Of a stretch of 64,000 nucleotides of DNA, positions 40,701-49,828 are shown in pieces (position 1 is the stretch's first letter; each line of letters begins with the position of its first letter). The position numbers and the translations under genes are program-made. The notes under the pieces are model-generated. The model worked only from the letters and a program-made list of their open reading frames with translations, had not been told where the DNA came from and made no database searches. Source of the stretch: an uncultured Nitrospiraceae bacterium (GTDB taxonomy: Bacteria; Nitrospirota; Thermodesulfovibrionia; Thermodesulfovibrionales; Dissulfurispiraceae); assembly GCA_963705105.1 (NCBI GenBank), contig CAVPIW010000006.1, positions 672,001-736,000 on the forward strand, in the 5' to 3' direction.

Positions 40701-42701
40701 GTGAAAGGACTGCAGCTTCCGGACCTCACGGATGAGGCCGGCGCAGGCCCCGCTCATGAATTGCCCGCGTTCCAGACAGGCCCGCTCATCCAGAGGCACC
40801 CCGCCTGGCCTGTCCATGCCTCGGGCCGCAGCGAAGAGGCTCCCCGCGGCCATCTCCTCCATTCTCGTCCGGAAGGAGGGCTCGTCCTGGTGGCCCGCTG
40901 CAAACTCCCTCTCCAGGGATAAAATAGCTTCCACTCTCGGGGTCCTCAAGGACCGCACCCGAAGTCCGGTGTCCTGGCCTGAAACGACTGTTCCCCCCGG
41001 AGGCGATTCCAGAATCATCCGCTGATAGAGCGCCGTCAAGGCGCCTGTTTCAACGATCTCCTGGGTGGCCAGATAGGCGGTGCCCATCTGGATGGCGTCC
41101 GCGCCGAGCATGGCGGCCATGAATGCGGTCTCCCGATTGAAGATTCCCCCTGCAAGGATCACGCGACAGTTTTGGAACAGGGATGGCTTGCGCCGTTTCA
41201 GATCCAACACCATTTGAGCAAGGGTGAGTGTGCTATGCTGCCCCACGTGGCCGCCGGCCTCATACCCCTCGCAGACCACGTACCGGACGCCCGCTTCAAG
41301 GGCGAGCCTCAACAGGGCCTCATCAGGAGCGATATACATGACCCCTATGCCGCATTCTATCAATTCTCTTAAGGGGGAGAGATCGCCGCCTGCGATCACG
41401 ACAAAACGGGGTCTCTGTTTCTTTATCCAGGCCAGATGCGTCTCCCTGAAAGGGTTCTCTGCCAAAGAGACGACATTCACCGCATAAGGGCGCCCTCCCA
41501 TGATCTCCGGCAGGCGTCCCAGCCTCCGGTCAAGGGCCTCCGCGTCCATCAGGCCAAGGGCGATGGTGGGCAATCCACCGGCATCGGCAACTCTTGAGGC
41601 AAACTCCGGGACATCTGTGATCCAGGACATGGCCCCCTGGATAAAGGGATATTTAGTTCCCATCTCTCTGGCTACAGGGCTGTCCAAAAAGCAATCCTTT
41701 TTCGCCTCAGCCAGGCGGCATAGGTTTCGAATCTCGCCCATGAAGGCTTTCACGGCCTCCTCGGTTCCGGCCCCAAAACGCTCAACGAACGACGCAGCAA
41801 AGGCAGCTTCCACGCCCAGAGGGATGACCTCGTCCTGACTGAAATGGCTCTCCAGAGGGTGGAGGGCCCTGGCATGCACCTGGCTTACGAAGGAGCGGCG
41901 GCTTTCGTCCGTGATCTCTGCTCCGCACAGCGAGTCCTCGAGCGTCTTGATCTCCTTGAACGCCAGCGAGTTTCCCTTGTTGAAAAGGCGACAGGGAACC
42001 TGCAGGTCCAGGCCGACCAGATCGGTAGAATCCAGGCGGAGCTTGGAGAGCCGCTGGCGTTGAACATCATCAATGGCAACCAGATCTGTCAGCCAATGGA
42101 CGCTCTCGAAAACGATCCCGGTGGCCCCGGTGGACAGGAATGCCGCTGCCGCCTCAGGGGTGGAGACGCCTCCCCAGATGAGGATATCGAGAGGCTTCGA
42201 GGGTGTGCGCAGCATTTCCTTGACCACCGAATAGAGAGCCATGGTCGTCTCACCGCTCACGAATCCGGAGGCCTCGCATCCTTTCAGGACGATGCGCCCG
42301 ATACCCGAGTTATCCTTCAAAATCGCTGCCAGGAGATCCATGTCACCGATGATCGGAAAGCAACGGTGGTTTTCCGACAATTCCCTCAATCTCTGAAGAA
42401 AGATGGAAGAATCTCCTTGAAAAAACTGGGGATGGCATTCTACCCAGATGTCATGGACCCCTGTTTCTTTCAGTAACTGCCCCAAAGATGGATCCATCAA
42501 GGCAGGGACAGAAATCTTGATATCCCTGACGTGGCCGGCAGGGTCGGCCTTTCGTAAGAAAGAACGCAACCCTTCCACCCCCATCATGGAAAAATCGAAG
42601 ATGGCTCTGCTCCCTGTTCGCTGAGCCATTTGAATCACCGATGGGATAATCTCCTCAGGCCGCCAGACGAAACCGATGATAGAAACCCGATGCTCAGCCA
42701 C
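34773..42701 (-). CDS. Pfa-like iterative type I PKS/FAS: N-terminal FMN enoyl reductase (NMO/PfaD-like), KS, AT, ACP, KR, DH; split by several frameshifts
   Basis: ER: EAGGH, AIQMGT. KS: SAACATS, ECHATST, GHTLGASG. AT: FPGQG, GHSLG, AFHS. ACP: DLSIRSSR. KR: SGGATGI, NYAAAN. DH: DHRPF...P. The fragments are colinear. Confidence 0.82.
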
Positions 42702-42792
42702 TATGTCAGACCTCTGCCTTTAAAGCCATACGCTCACCTTCTGCCTGATCCCGCCCTAAATCCCGGACCGTATTTGATAATCCGGGGGCAAA

Positions 42793-43915
42793 TCATAAAG
42801 ACTTTCTGAATATGCGATATTTCTTGTATCTTTTTGCGCCCGCTTCCTCTACCAAAGAGTTGATCGATTCGTTGTCCTCCAGGGTCCAGCCCAGCTCCAG
42901 ATAATGATATTTCTTTTTTCCCCTCACGACCTCATATATGTGGTGGAAGGCTAACATGGGGAGTCCCAGTTGCCGGAACTTCTCCTTGATCCCGAACATC
43001 AACAACCGCAATCCGTTGATCTCCCGCCGATACAGGAGGAACTTCAGCACACCCAGGAGACCGATCCGCCCGTTGAGACGCTTGAGCAATGGGTTAATGT
43101 CAGGAAAGATGACGCAGAACCGCTGCGGGTTCATCCTCATAATAGATGAAGAAAACCATGTCCGGATCCACGAATTCCATGACGTTCTTTTGAATGTCCC
43201 GCATCTCATTACCGCTCAGGGGGACGAACCCCCAGTTATCAGCCCAGGCGGCATTATATATCTCCCTGATCAGAGCAAACTCAGAGTCCGCATCCTTTGG
43301 ACGAGAGAGCCTGATGCGGATACCTTTTTTTTTGGCCATCCGTTCAGCAAGATGATCCATCCACTCGGGAAGCCGGTAATCGCCATCTATCAGGAAAGCG
43401 AGCAGGTCCTTCTCTTTGGTGTAGCCGCACGATTCGACCAGCCTTGGGTAGTACGGCGGGTTGTAAGCCATCATCAAGGCAGGCGGATAATCGAATCCCT
43501 CAATGAGCAAGCCCGCCTCGTAATTGCTGGACGGGTTGAGCGGACCTCTCATGAAGGTCATCCCTTTCCGGCGAACCCACGTCTCCACGGAAGAGAAGAG
43601 GGCTGCCGCTGCCTCCGGATCGTCAACACATTCGAAGAATCCCCAACTGCCCATCTTTTCGTTGTGGAACTGGTTATAATGGCGATCTATGATGCCCGTG
43701 ATCCTTCCGACCGTCTCCGAACCACGCCGGGCCAGAAAGAGGATGCGTTCGGAAAACTCCCAGAAAGGGTGTCTGCGGGGGTCCAGCATCCGGCGAACCT
43801 CTTTCTTAAGGGGGGGGACCCAGTTGGGGTACTCGGCATAGATCCTCCATGGCAGGTCAATGAAGTCCCTTAATTCCGATCCCCCTTCCACAGCAATAAT
43901 CTCTATGCCTGCCAT
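42793..43915 (-). CDS. GNAT-fold N-acyltransferase, bacterial ceramide synthase-like; one frameshift near 43110
   Basis: FIDLPWRIY..YPNWVPPL, WGFFEC, MAYNPPYY, NWGFVP, ELGWTLEDN. Confidence 0.7.
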
Positions 43916-43951
43916 AGTCGTTATTATCGTGAACAAAAAATATTTGTGTCA

Positions 43952-44045
43952 ACCTTATCGTTTCATAAGTCCGCGGGAAAGGCGGGGCGAAGATGCAGAA
44001 AAGTCTTGCTGCGGCGACACACGCCCTGCTGCATGCGAAGACGGT
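43952..44045 (+). mobile_element. MITE-like element, copy 5 (short, degenerate)
   Basis: ACCTTATCGTTTCAT...GGAAAGGCGGGG...CTTGCTGCGGCGACAC...CATGC...GGT. Confidence 0.65.
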
Positions 44046-45715
44046 CATTTCGGAGGTTGCCGCACAGATCCGTTATAAAAAACCTCGCATTTGCCGCCTT
44101 GAATAAAGAGTTTTGCCTTCCTGTAAAGCTTAGAGAGCGGGCCTGCAAGGGCCTCCATCGCGCTGACCGCGCCGACCCGGGGACTGCCGAAGGGACCGCT
44201 GATGCTTTGTTTGAATTTTGCGCATCCCCTGTCATCGAGAAGCGCCACTATGACATTGTCATATCGTTCGCCGACGAGATCGAGCTTGCCTTTAAGGGCA
44301 ACACGATTATGGGGCGTCGCAAGGGCACAGTCCGTAGCGTCCGCCACACCGCCCTTGATCTTCCAGTGGGAGAGAAACTGTGTGATGGCGCCCTGACCTC
44401 CCCGGGTCTGCCCGTAAAAGTCCCCATAGCGGTACCCCTTGAGCACAGCGGTGCCGAGAGGGCCGGCGATGAAGAATGCGCCGAGGTCGATGAGATTGAA
44501 CTCCTGGCTCGTTTCATACGATGAGAGGACCTTGTCGAGGTCCATCGTATGCATGACGAGATTGTCGCCGCGGAGAGAAACAGTACCATCCATGCCGCTC
44601 ATCAGATTGCGTCTCCCTTTTTCTTTCATCGTCAGAGAAGCATAAAGATCACCCTTCCCGCCGACAACCTTTTTTATGCCGAAGGACTCCTGAAATCTTT
44701 CGAAGTCCAGCTTCGATACCTTCAGGTTGATTTTATACACGGCATCGACTTCCGATTTGTCTGCCGTGGCATCTCCCTCACCCCTTGAACCGAAGATATC
44801 CATGGTAAGGGGTGCAAGGTGGATTACTCCCCTCTCCGCTTTTATCTGACTCCTGACATTGTCGATCTTGAGGTCCCCTTTCCGTACCTCCCTGCAATCC
44901 ATGTTTCCGGTGAATGCGATATTCCCTATTATTTTTCCTGTAATAGCCACGACCGAGAGATCCCTGATAGCCAGTTTGATTTCTTTCAACTCGGTCTTTT
45001 CACCCGCCTTCCAGCCAAAGTGGACGACTGCACCGATGGCAAGAGGTTCGAGATTGTATATCCCGCTGACCGCCCTTACGGAAGACTTGAGATTCTCTAA
45101 CCTATAGTCCTTTCGCAGCACCTCCCTGCAGTCGAAGATGCCCGTGAACGAGGCGGTCTTTACGATGTTCCCCGCTACCGAGAGCTCCTTGACAGCCAGA
45201 TTGAAATCCTTAAACTCCGTCTTTTCCCCCGTCTTCCTGTCGAAAAAGACAAGCACCCCCTTGGACAGCCTGAAATCATTCAAACTGAAGGCTGCCTCCG
45301 GCTGCCCGTTCGCCGGTGTCCTTTCCGTGCTTTCAAAATTATATCTCCCCTCGGCATCTTTCACGATCGTGACGGCAGGTTTCACAAGCTCGCACCTTGT
45401 GACTTTGAGTTGCTTCTTCAGCAGGGGCATCAACTCCACCCCCACCTTGAGGTTTTCGAGGGAAACGATTTCGCCTCCCTTGCCGGCGACGTGGACGTCC
45501 TTAGCCGATATGCCGAAGGGAAAGGAGGAGAGCCCCATCTTCCCGTTGATCCTGACGTCCAGGCCGGTTGCAGCGGCGGCAGCGGCCTCGATGCGGGGCC
45601 TGTAGGAATCTACGTTGAAGGTGAGGGCGAAAACGACGACGACCAGACCGAGGACTGCGGCGCCGCCGCCAAGGACAAAAAAAACTTTTTTCTTCTTCGC
45701 ATTCATCAGAGGCAT
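44045..45715 (-). CDS. AsmA family protein
   Basis: N-terminal anchor and AsmA-like FNVDSYRPRIE...ATGLDVRI; beta-rich body. Confidence 0.8.
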   Translation of the reverse strand: MPLMNAKKKKVFFVLGGGAAVLGLVVVVFALTFNVDSYRPRIEAAAAAATGLDVRINGKMGLSSFPFGISAKDVHVAGKGGEIVSLENLKVGVELMPLLKKQLKVTRCELVKPAVTIVKDAEGRYNFESTERTPANGQPEAAFSLNDFRLSKGVLVFFDRKTGEKTEFKDFNLAVKELSVAGNIVKTASFTGIFDCREVLRKDYRLENLKSSVRAVSGIYNLEPLAIGAVVHFGWKAGEKTELKEIKLAIRDLSVVAITGKIIGNIAFTGNMDCREVRKGDLKIDNVRSQIKAERGVIHLAPLTMDIFGSRGEGDATADKSEVDAVYKINLKVSKLDFERFQESFGIKKVVGGKGDLYASLTMKEKGRRNLMSGMDGTVSLRGDNLVMHTMDLDKVLSSYETSQEFNLIDLGAFFIAGPLGTAVLKGYRYGDFYGQTRGGQGAITQFLSHWKIKGGVADATDCALATPHNRVALKGKLDLVGERYDNVIVALLDDRGCAKFKQSISGPFGSPRVGAVSAMEALAGPLSKLYRKAKLFIQGGKCEVFYNGSVRQPPK

Positions 45716-45876
45716 ACTATGCTGACTGCCGACAAAAAAGTCGGACCCTTTCCGGGCATCTCAGCCTCCGTTCAATGTATGAGCTTCTAATGTAAGGGTA
45801 TCACACGATGGCGTACACGTCAAATGACCGCGGTATCTTCGCGCTGCCTTTCCAGAGGTCTCTGACAATCAGATCT

Positions 45877-46269
45877 ACCTTGCAGTTGCATGAAAAGGCG
45901 GGGCGAAGCACTCTGAAACAGTGTGAGTGTGAGTGTCAGTGAAAGGAATAGTTCTTATATCTACGCGGTCTCCGGGAAGGCAAATATGGTTCAAAGCCTT
46001 TCCAATGCGATGATGAGACGTCTCAAGGTGTTCAGCGCCTGTTGGCTGACGGGCATGTGCTATCGATAGACACGGCAAAGGGTTGTCTGGGGATGAATAA
46101 GGTATCTTAGCGGAAAGGCTTTTCACCACATCAGCCTTCCCGCCCGAGTGCTCCCTGCGTTGTTCCGACTGCCGATAATGACTCAATGACTCAATAACTT
46201 AATGACTTAGTGACTTTTTCAGTGGCACCTTCACCCCGCCTTTCCGGATGGCGTATGCAACGATAGGGT
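45877..46269 (-). mobile_element. MITE-like element, copy 6 (long subtype, reverse)
   Basis: Highly similar reverse complement of copy 4. Confidence 0.85.
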
Positions 46270-46330
46270 CTATGACAGCGAAAAGGGGTAAAAAAGTTGA
46301 CAGTCTGCATTTTCTTTCATATATTTAGCT

Positions 46331-47998
46331 ATGAGGGAATGGGTCTTTCCGCAACCAGGCACGACTGACATGAAATATAAGGACAAGACAAAAGAGGAAC
46401 TTATGAGTGAACTGGCAGAACTCCGTCACCGCATCGAGGATTTGGAGGCGGAAGCAACCAAACGCAGGACTGCCGAGGAGGCGCTGAAGGTATCGGAAAT
46501 CCGTTATCGGCGGCTCTTTGAAACTGCGCAAGACGGGATTGTTCTTCTCGATGCAGACACGGGACAGATACTCGACGTTAACCCGTTTCTGATAAGGATG
46601 CTTGGGTACTCACATGAGGATTTTCTGGGAAAAAAACTCTGGGAAATCGGTCCTTTCAGGGACATTGCAGCATCCAGACTCCTGTTTTCGGAATTGCAGA
46701 CGAAGGGGTATGTACGGTACGAACATTTGCCGCTCGAAACAAGAGACGGTCGTCTCATGGATGTCGAATTCGTCAGTAATGTCTATCTTGTTGACCATAG
46801 CAAAATTATCCAGTGTAACATCCGCGACATCTCTTTGCGGAAACAGGCAGAGGATGCGCTCCGGAAGGCATATGATGAGATGGACCTGCGCGTGAAGGAA
46901 CGGACTGAAGATTTGGTCGAAGCAAACCGGCAGCTCTTGCGGGAAGTAGAGGAACGCAAGAAGGCAGAGGAGTCACTCCGGGAAACGCTCAATGAAATCA
47001 GTGAGTTAAAAAGCAAATTGCATGAGGAGAACCTGTACCTTCTGGAAGAAATCAATCTGTTGCACTCACACAAGGAGATAGTAGGCAACAGTGAAGAGAT
47101 CAGGGCCGTTTTGAGGCAGATAGAACAGGTGGCGCCGACGGAATCGACGGTTTTGATCCAGGGAGCAACCGGCACCGGAAAGGAATTGCTCGCCCATGCA
47201 ATCCATAACCTGAGCGCCCGCAAAGGCCGGCTCATGATTAAGGTCAACTGTGCCGCCCTGCCGCCGACCCTCATCGAAAGTGAACTGTTCGGTCGCGAGA
47301 AAGGCGCTTTTACCGGCGCGCTGTCGAGGCAAATAGGCCGTTTTGAGCTTGCAGATGCTTCAACAATTTTTCTGGATGAGGTCGACACCTTGCCTCTGGA
47401 AGTGCAGGCCAAGCTGCTTCGGGTGCTGGAGAGCGGTGAGTTTGAGCGCCTGGGCAGCCCCCGGACCGTGAAGGTCGACATCAGAATCATTTCGGCGACG
47501 AACCGCGATCTTGCCGGGCTGGTCAGCGAGGGCAAGTTCCGGGAAGACCTTTATTACCGCTTGAACGTTTTTCGGATTACCGTTCCGCCCCTTCGGGAGC
47601 GCCGGGAGGACATACTGCCGCTCATGTGGTCTTTTGTGCAGGAATTCAGCAAGAGGATGGGGAAGCGGATCGAATCAATACCGCAGCAGGACGTTGAAGC
47701 CCTGCAAGCCTATCCCTGGCCGGGCAACGTAAGGGAACTGAGGAATGTGATCGAGCGTGCGATGATTATAACCTCCGGACCGAAGCTTCACGTGGAAGTA
47801 CCGAAGATTGCGGAGTCAAAGACGGACAAATGCAGCACCCTCGAAGAGGCGGAGAAACGGCACATTATCGAGGCCATGAACACCGCCGGATGGCGGGTAA
47901 GCGGCAAGGACGGTGCGGCAGAGATTTTAGGTCTTAACGCGAAGACACTCGAATCGAAGATGCAAAGGCTGGGCATCCAAAGAAGCAAGCCCCGTTAG
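46331..47998 (+). CDS. PAS-domain sigma54-dependent transcriptional activator (FhlA/NifA-like, Fis HTH)
   Basis: PAS domain, GATGTGKE, ESELFG, GAFTGA, WPGNVREL, C-terminal HTH. Likely start 46370. Confidence 0.93.
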   Translation: MREWVFPQPGTTDMKYKDKTKEELMSELAELRHRIEDLEAEATKRRTAEEALKVSEIRYRRLFETAQDGIVLLDADTGQILDVNPFLIRMLGYSHEDFLGKKLWEIGPFRDIAASRLLFSELQTKGYVRYEHLPLETRDGRLMDVEFVSNVYLVDHSKIIQCNIRDISLRKQAEDALRKAYDEMDLRVKERTEDLVEANRQLLREVEERKKAEESLRETLNEISELKSKLHEENLYLLEEINLLHSHKEIVGNSEEIRAVLRQIEQVAPTESTVLIQGATGTGKELLAHAIHNLSARKGRLMIKVNCAALPPTLIESELFGREKGAFTGALSRQIGRFELADASTIFLDEVDTLPLEVQAKLLRVLESGEFERLGSPRTVKVDIRIISATNRDLAGLVSEGKFREDLYYRLNVFRITVPPLRERREDILPLMWSFVQEFSKRMGKRIESIPQQDVEALQAYPWPGNVRELRNVIERAMIITSGPKLHVEVPKIAESKTDKCSTLEEAEKRHIIEAMNTAGWRVSGKDGAAEILGLNAKTLESKMQRLGIQRSKPR

Positions 47999-48031
47999 AG
48001 ACCAGCGGTCTCCCACGGGGTGAGAAGAATT

Positions 48032-48066
48032 TCCCGACATATCAGGAGACTCCTGATATATCAGAA
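48032..48066. promoter_or_regulatory. Tandem palindromic enhancer (UAS) sites
   Basis: TCCCGACATATCAGGA and TCCTGATATATCAGAA, about 100 bp upstream of a -24/-12 promoter. Confidence 0.7.
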
Positions 48067-48165
48067 ACCGGCATCCGGTCACAACACCAATCTCTCATCG
48101 TCGTCTTCCCCTGACATCTCAATGTTTTCAACATTTCAGAGCATTCTGTCCCGGCAACACAGTCC

Positions 48166-48181
48166 TGGCATACATTCTGCT
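48166..48181 (+). promoter_or_regulatory. Sigma54 -24/-12 promoter
   Basis: TGGCATACATTCTGCT (GG-N10-GC). Confidence 0.7.
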
Positions 48182-48264
48182 TTTTTATTACCGTAACGGG
48201 TTCTCTTCTGATACGGTGAAGGCGTCAACCGGAGAGGTCCGATGTCGGAATCCGAGGAGGGCGG

Positions 48265-48615
48265 GTGGACGCGAAAATAAAGATACTTGTGATACTAAGG
48301 ATGATTGTCCGGCCCGATAGGCGGAGTGATTTTTTGGAAACGATGCGGGGGATGCTCGAACCCGTGCGGGTCGAAAGGGGCTGCCTGAGTTACCGTCTCT
48401 ATGAAGACGTGGAAGACGGAAATGCCTTCGTCCTGGTGGAGGAATGGGAGACACAGAAAGATCTTGAGCGCCACATCGGTACGGAGAATCAGCAGCGGCT
48501 GCTCACGCTCATGGATCTTCTGAGCGAGCAACCTGAATTGCGGTTCAACACTGTGTCGCACACGGCGGGTATGGAGCTCATAGGAGATGTCCTCAAGGCA
48601 TGTGGACCGGGATGA
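48265..48615 (+). CDS. Antibiotic biosynthesis monooxygenase (ABM) family protein
   Basis: ERGCLSYRLYED, LVEEWET. Confidence 0.8.
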   Translation: MDAKIKILVILRMIVRPDRRSDFLETMRGMLEPVRVERGCLSYRLYEDVEDGNAFVLVEEWETQKDLERHIGTENQQRLLTLMDLLSEQPELRFNTVSHTAGMELIGDVLKACGPG

Positions 48616-48689
48616 GATGGGGAAGGACATGCTGCAGGGGTTGATGTACGCACGTGAGGCATGAGGTCGTAGAACAAAAGGAGGTTACT

Positions 48690-48839
48690 ATGCTCTGGAC
48701 GATCTTTGTGATACTTTTAGTGCTTTGGATGTTGGGGCTGGTGAGCGGTTACACGATCGGCGGATTCATTCATATCCTGCTGGTCATTGCTGTTATCGTG
48801 GTGCTGATCAGAATCATCCAGGGGCGAAGACCTGTGTAA
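48690..48839 (+). CDS. lmo0937-like small membrane protein
   Basis: MLWTIFVILLVLWMLG...GGFIHILLVIA; RBS AGGAGG. Confidence 0.8.
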   Translation: MLWTIFVILLVLWMLGLVSGYTIGGFIHILLVIAVIVVLIRIIQGRRPV

Positions 48840-48901
48840 ATGATTTCCATGTATTAACCCTGCAATCATCTGATTGCGCAACGAAAGACAGGAGGAGAGA
48901 A

Positions 48902-49216
48902 ATGAAGAAGGTTATTTTGTTGTCAGTGTTAGCGGTTTTCGGATTGGCCTTGTTTTCGGGCTGCGCCTCTATGACGGGCAGAACGACAGGCGAGTATATC
49001 GATGACTCAAACATTACCACGGAAGCGAATGCGATAATCGTCAAGGACCCGGACGCCCAGTATATGAAGATCGATGTCTCCTCTACGGCCGGAAATGTCG
49101 TTCTCGCCGGTTTCATACATGACAAGAAGGCTGAGGAGCGTATCGTAGCACAGATCAGGCAGATCAAGGGCGTGAAATCCGTGAAGAGCAACTTGAAGGT
49201 GGAAGCGAAGAAGTAG
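48902..49216 (+). CDS. BON domain lipoprotein
   Basis: Lipobox FSGC; GEYIDDSNIT; IKGVKSVKSNL. Confidence 0.85.
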   Translation: MKKVILLSVLAVFGLALFSGCASMTGRTTGEYIDDSNITTEANAIIVKDPDAQYMKIDVSSTAGNVVLAGFIHDKKAEERIVAQIRQIKGVKSVKSNLKVEAKK

Positions 49217-49372
49217 GCGGACAAAAGGGGGGGCATTCCGTGAAAGCACTCCTCATGTATCCTGAATCCGCGGGGTGCCCCTTCAAGTGCTGGTTTTATA
49301 ACCTCATACTGCCCTGTGGAGAGGGGAAAGCATCCCTTCTCCTTCAACGCGCAGCCTGAAAGGAGAAATGCT

Positions 49373-49564
49373 ATGCCCCTGATTCAATTAGTGATTGTTT
49401 TGGTTGTCGTCGGGGTGGTCCTATGGGTGATTAACAGCTACATACCGATGCAATCTACCATAAAGAAAATTTTAAATGTGGTCGTGGTTATTGCAGTGAT
49501 TGTCTGGCTATTGAGCGTCTTCGGACTCATAGGAAACCTCTCAACAATCCGTATCGGGAAGTGA
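49373..49564 (+). CDS. Small membrane protein (Thivi_2564-like)
   Basis: GVVLWVINSYIPM...IKKILN motif. Confidence 0.7.
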   Translation: MPLIQLVIVLVVVGVVLWVINSYIPMQSTIKKILNVVVVIAVIVWLLSVFGLIGNLSTIRIGK

Positions 49565-49777
49565 ACCTTATCGTTGCAATACACTCCCGGGAAAGGCGGG
49601 GGTATGCGCCGAAAACCTTGATGCGGCGACACCTGTATCAAAACGAGAGATGAACTATATGCCAATGGTCGATGACACAAAGAGTGGAATCCTGAAACAC
49701 GAAGCTGACGAGGCGTATCGTCGCCTTCAGCAAGGCTTTGAGGCGCTTCCCCCCGCCTTTTCATGCAACAGAAAGGT
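49565..49777 (+). mobile_element. MITE-like element, copy 7
   Basis: ACCTTATCGTTGCAATACACTCCCGGGAAAGGCGGGG...CCCCGCCTTTTCATGCAACAGAAAGGT. Confidence 0.85.
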
Positions 49778-49828
49778 GAAGAGTCCGACAATACGCTCGA
49801 TCGCACAAAACGCAACAAGGGGAAAATC

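Noticed and set aside
34773..43915. Programmed frameshifting or true pseudogenisation of the PKS and GNAT
   Set aside because: Scattered single-base indels with intact catalytic motifs fit sequencing error better; undecidable without reads.
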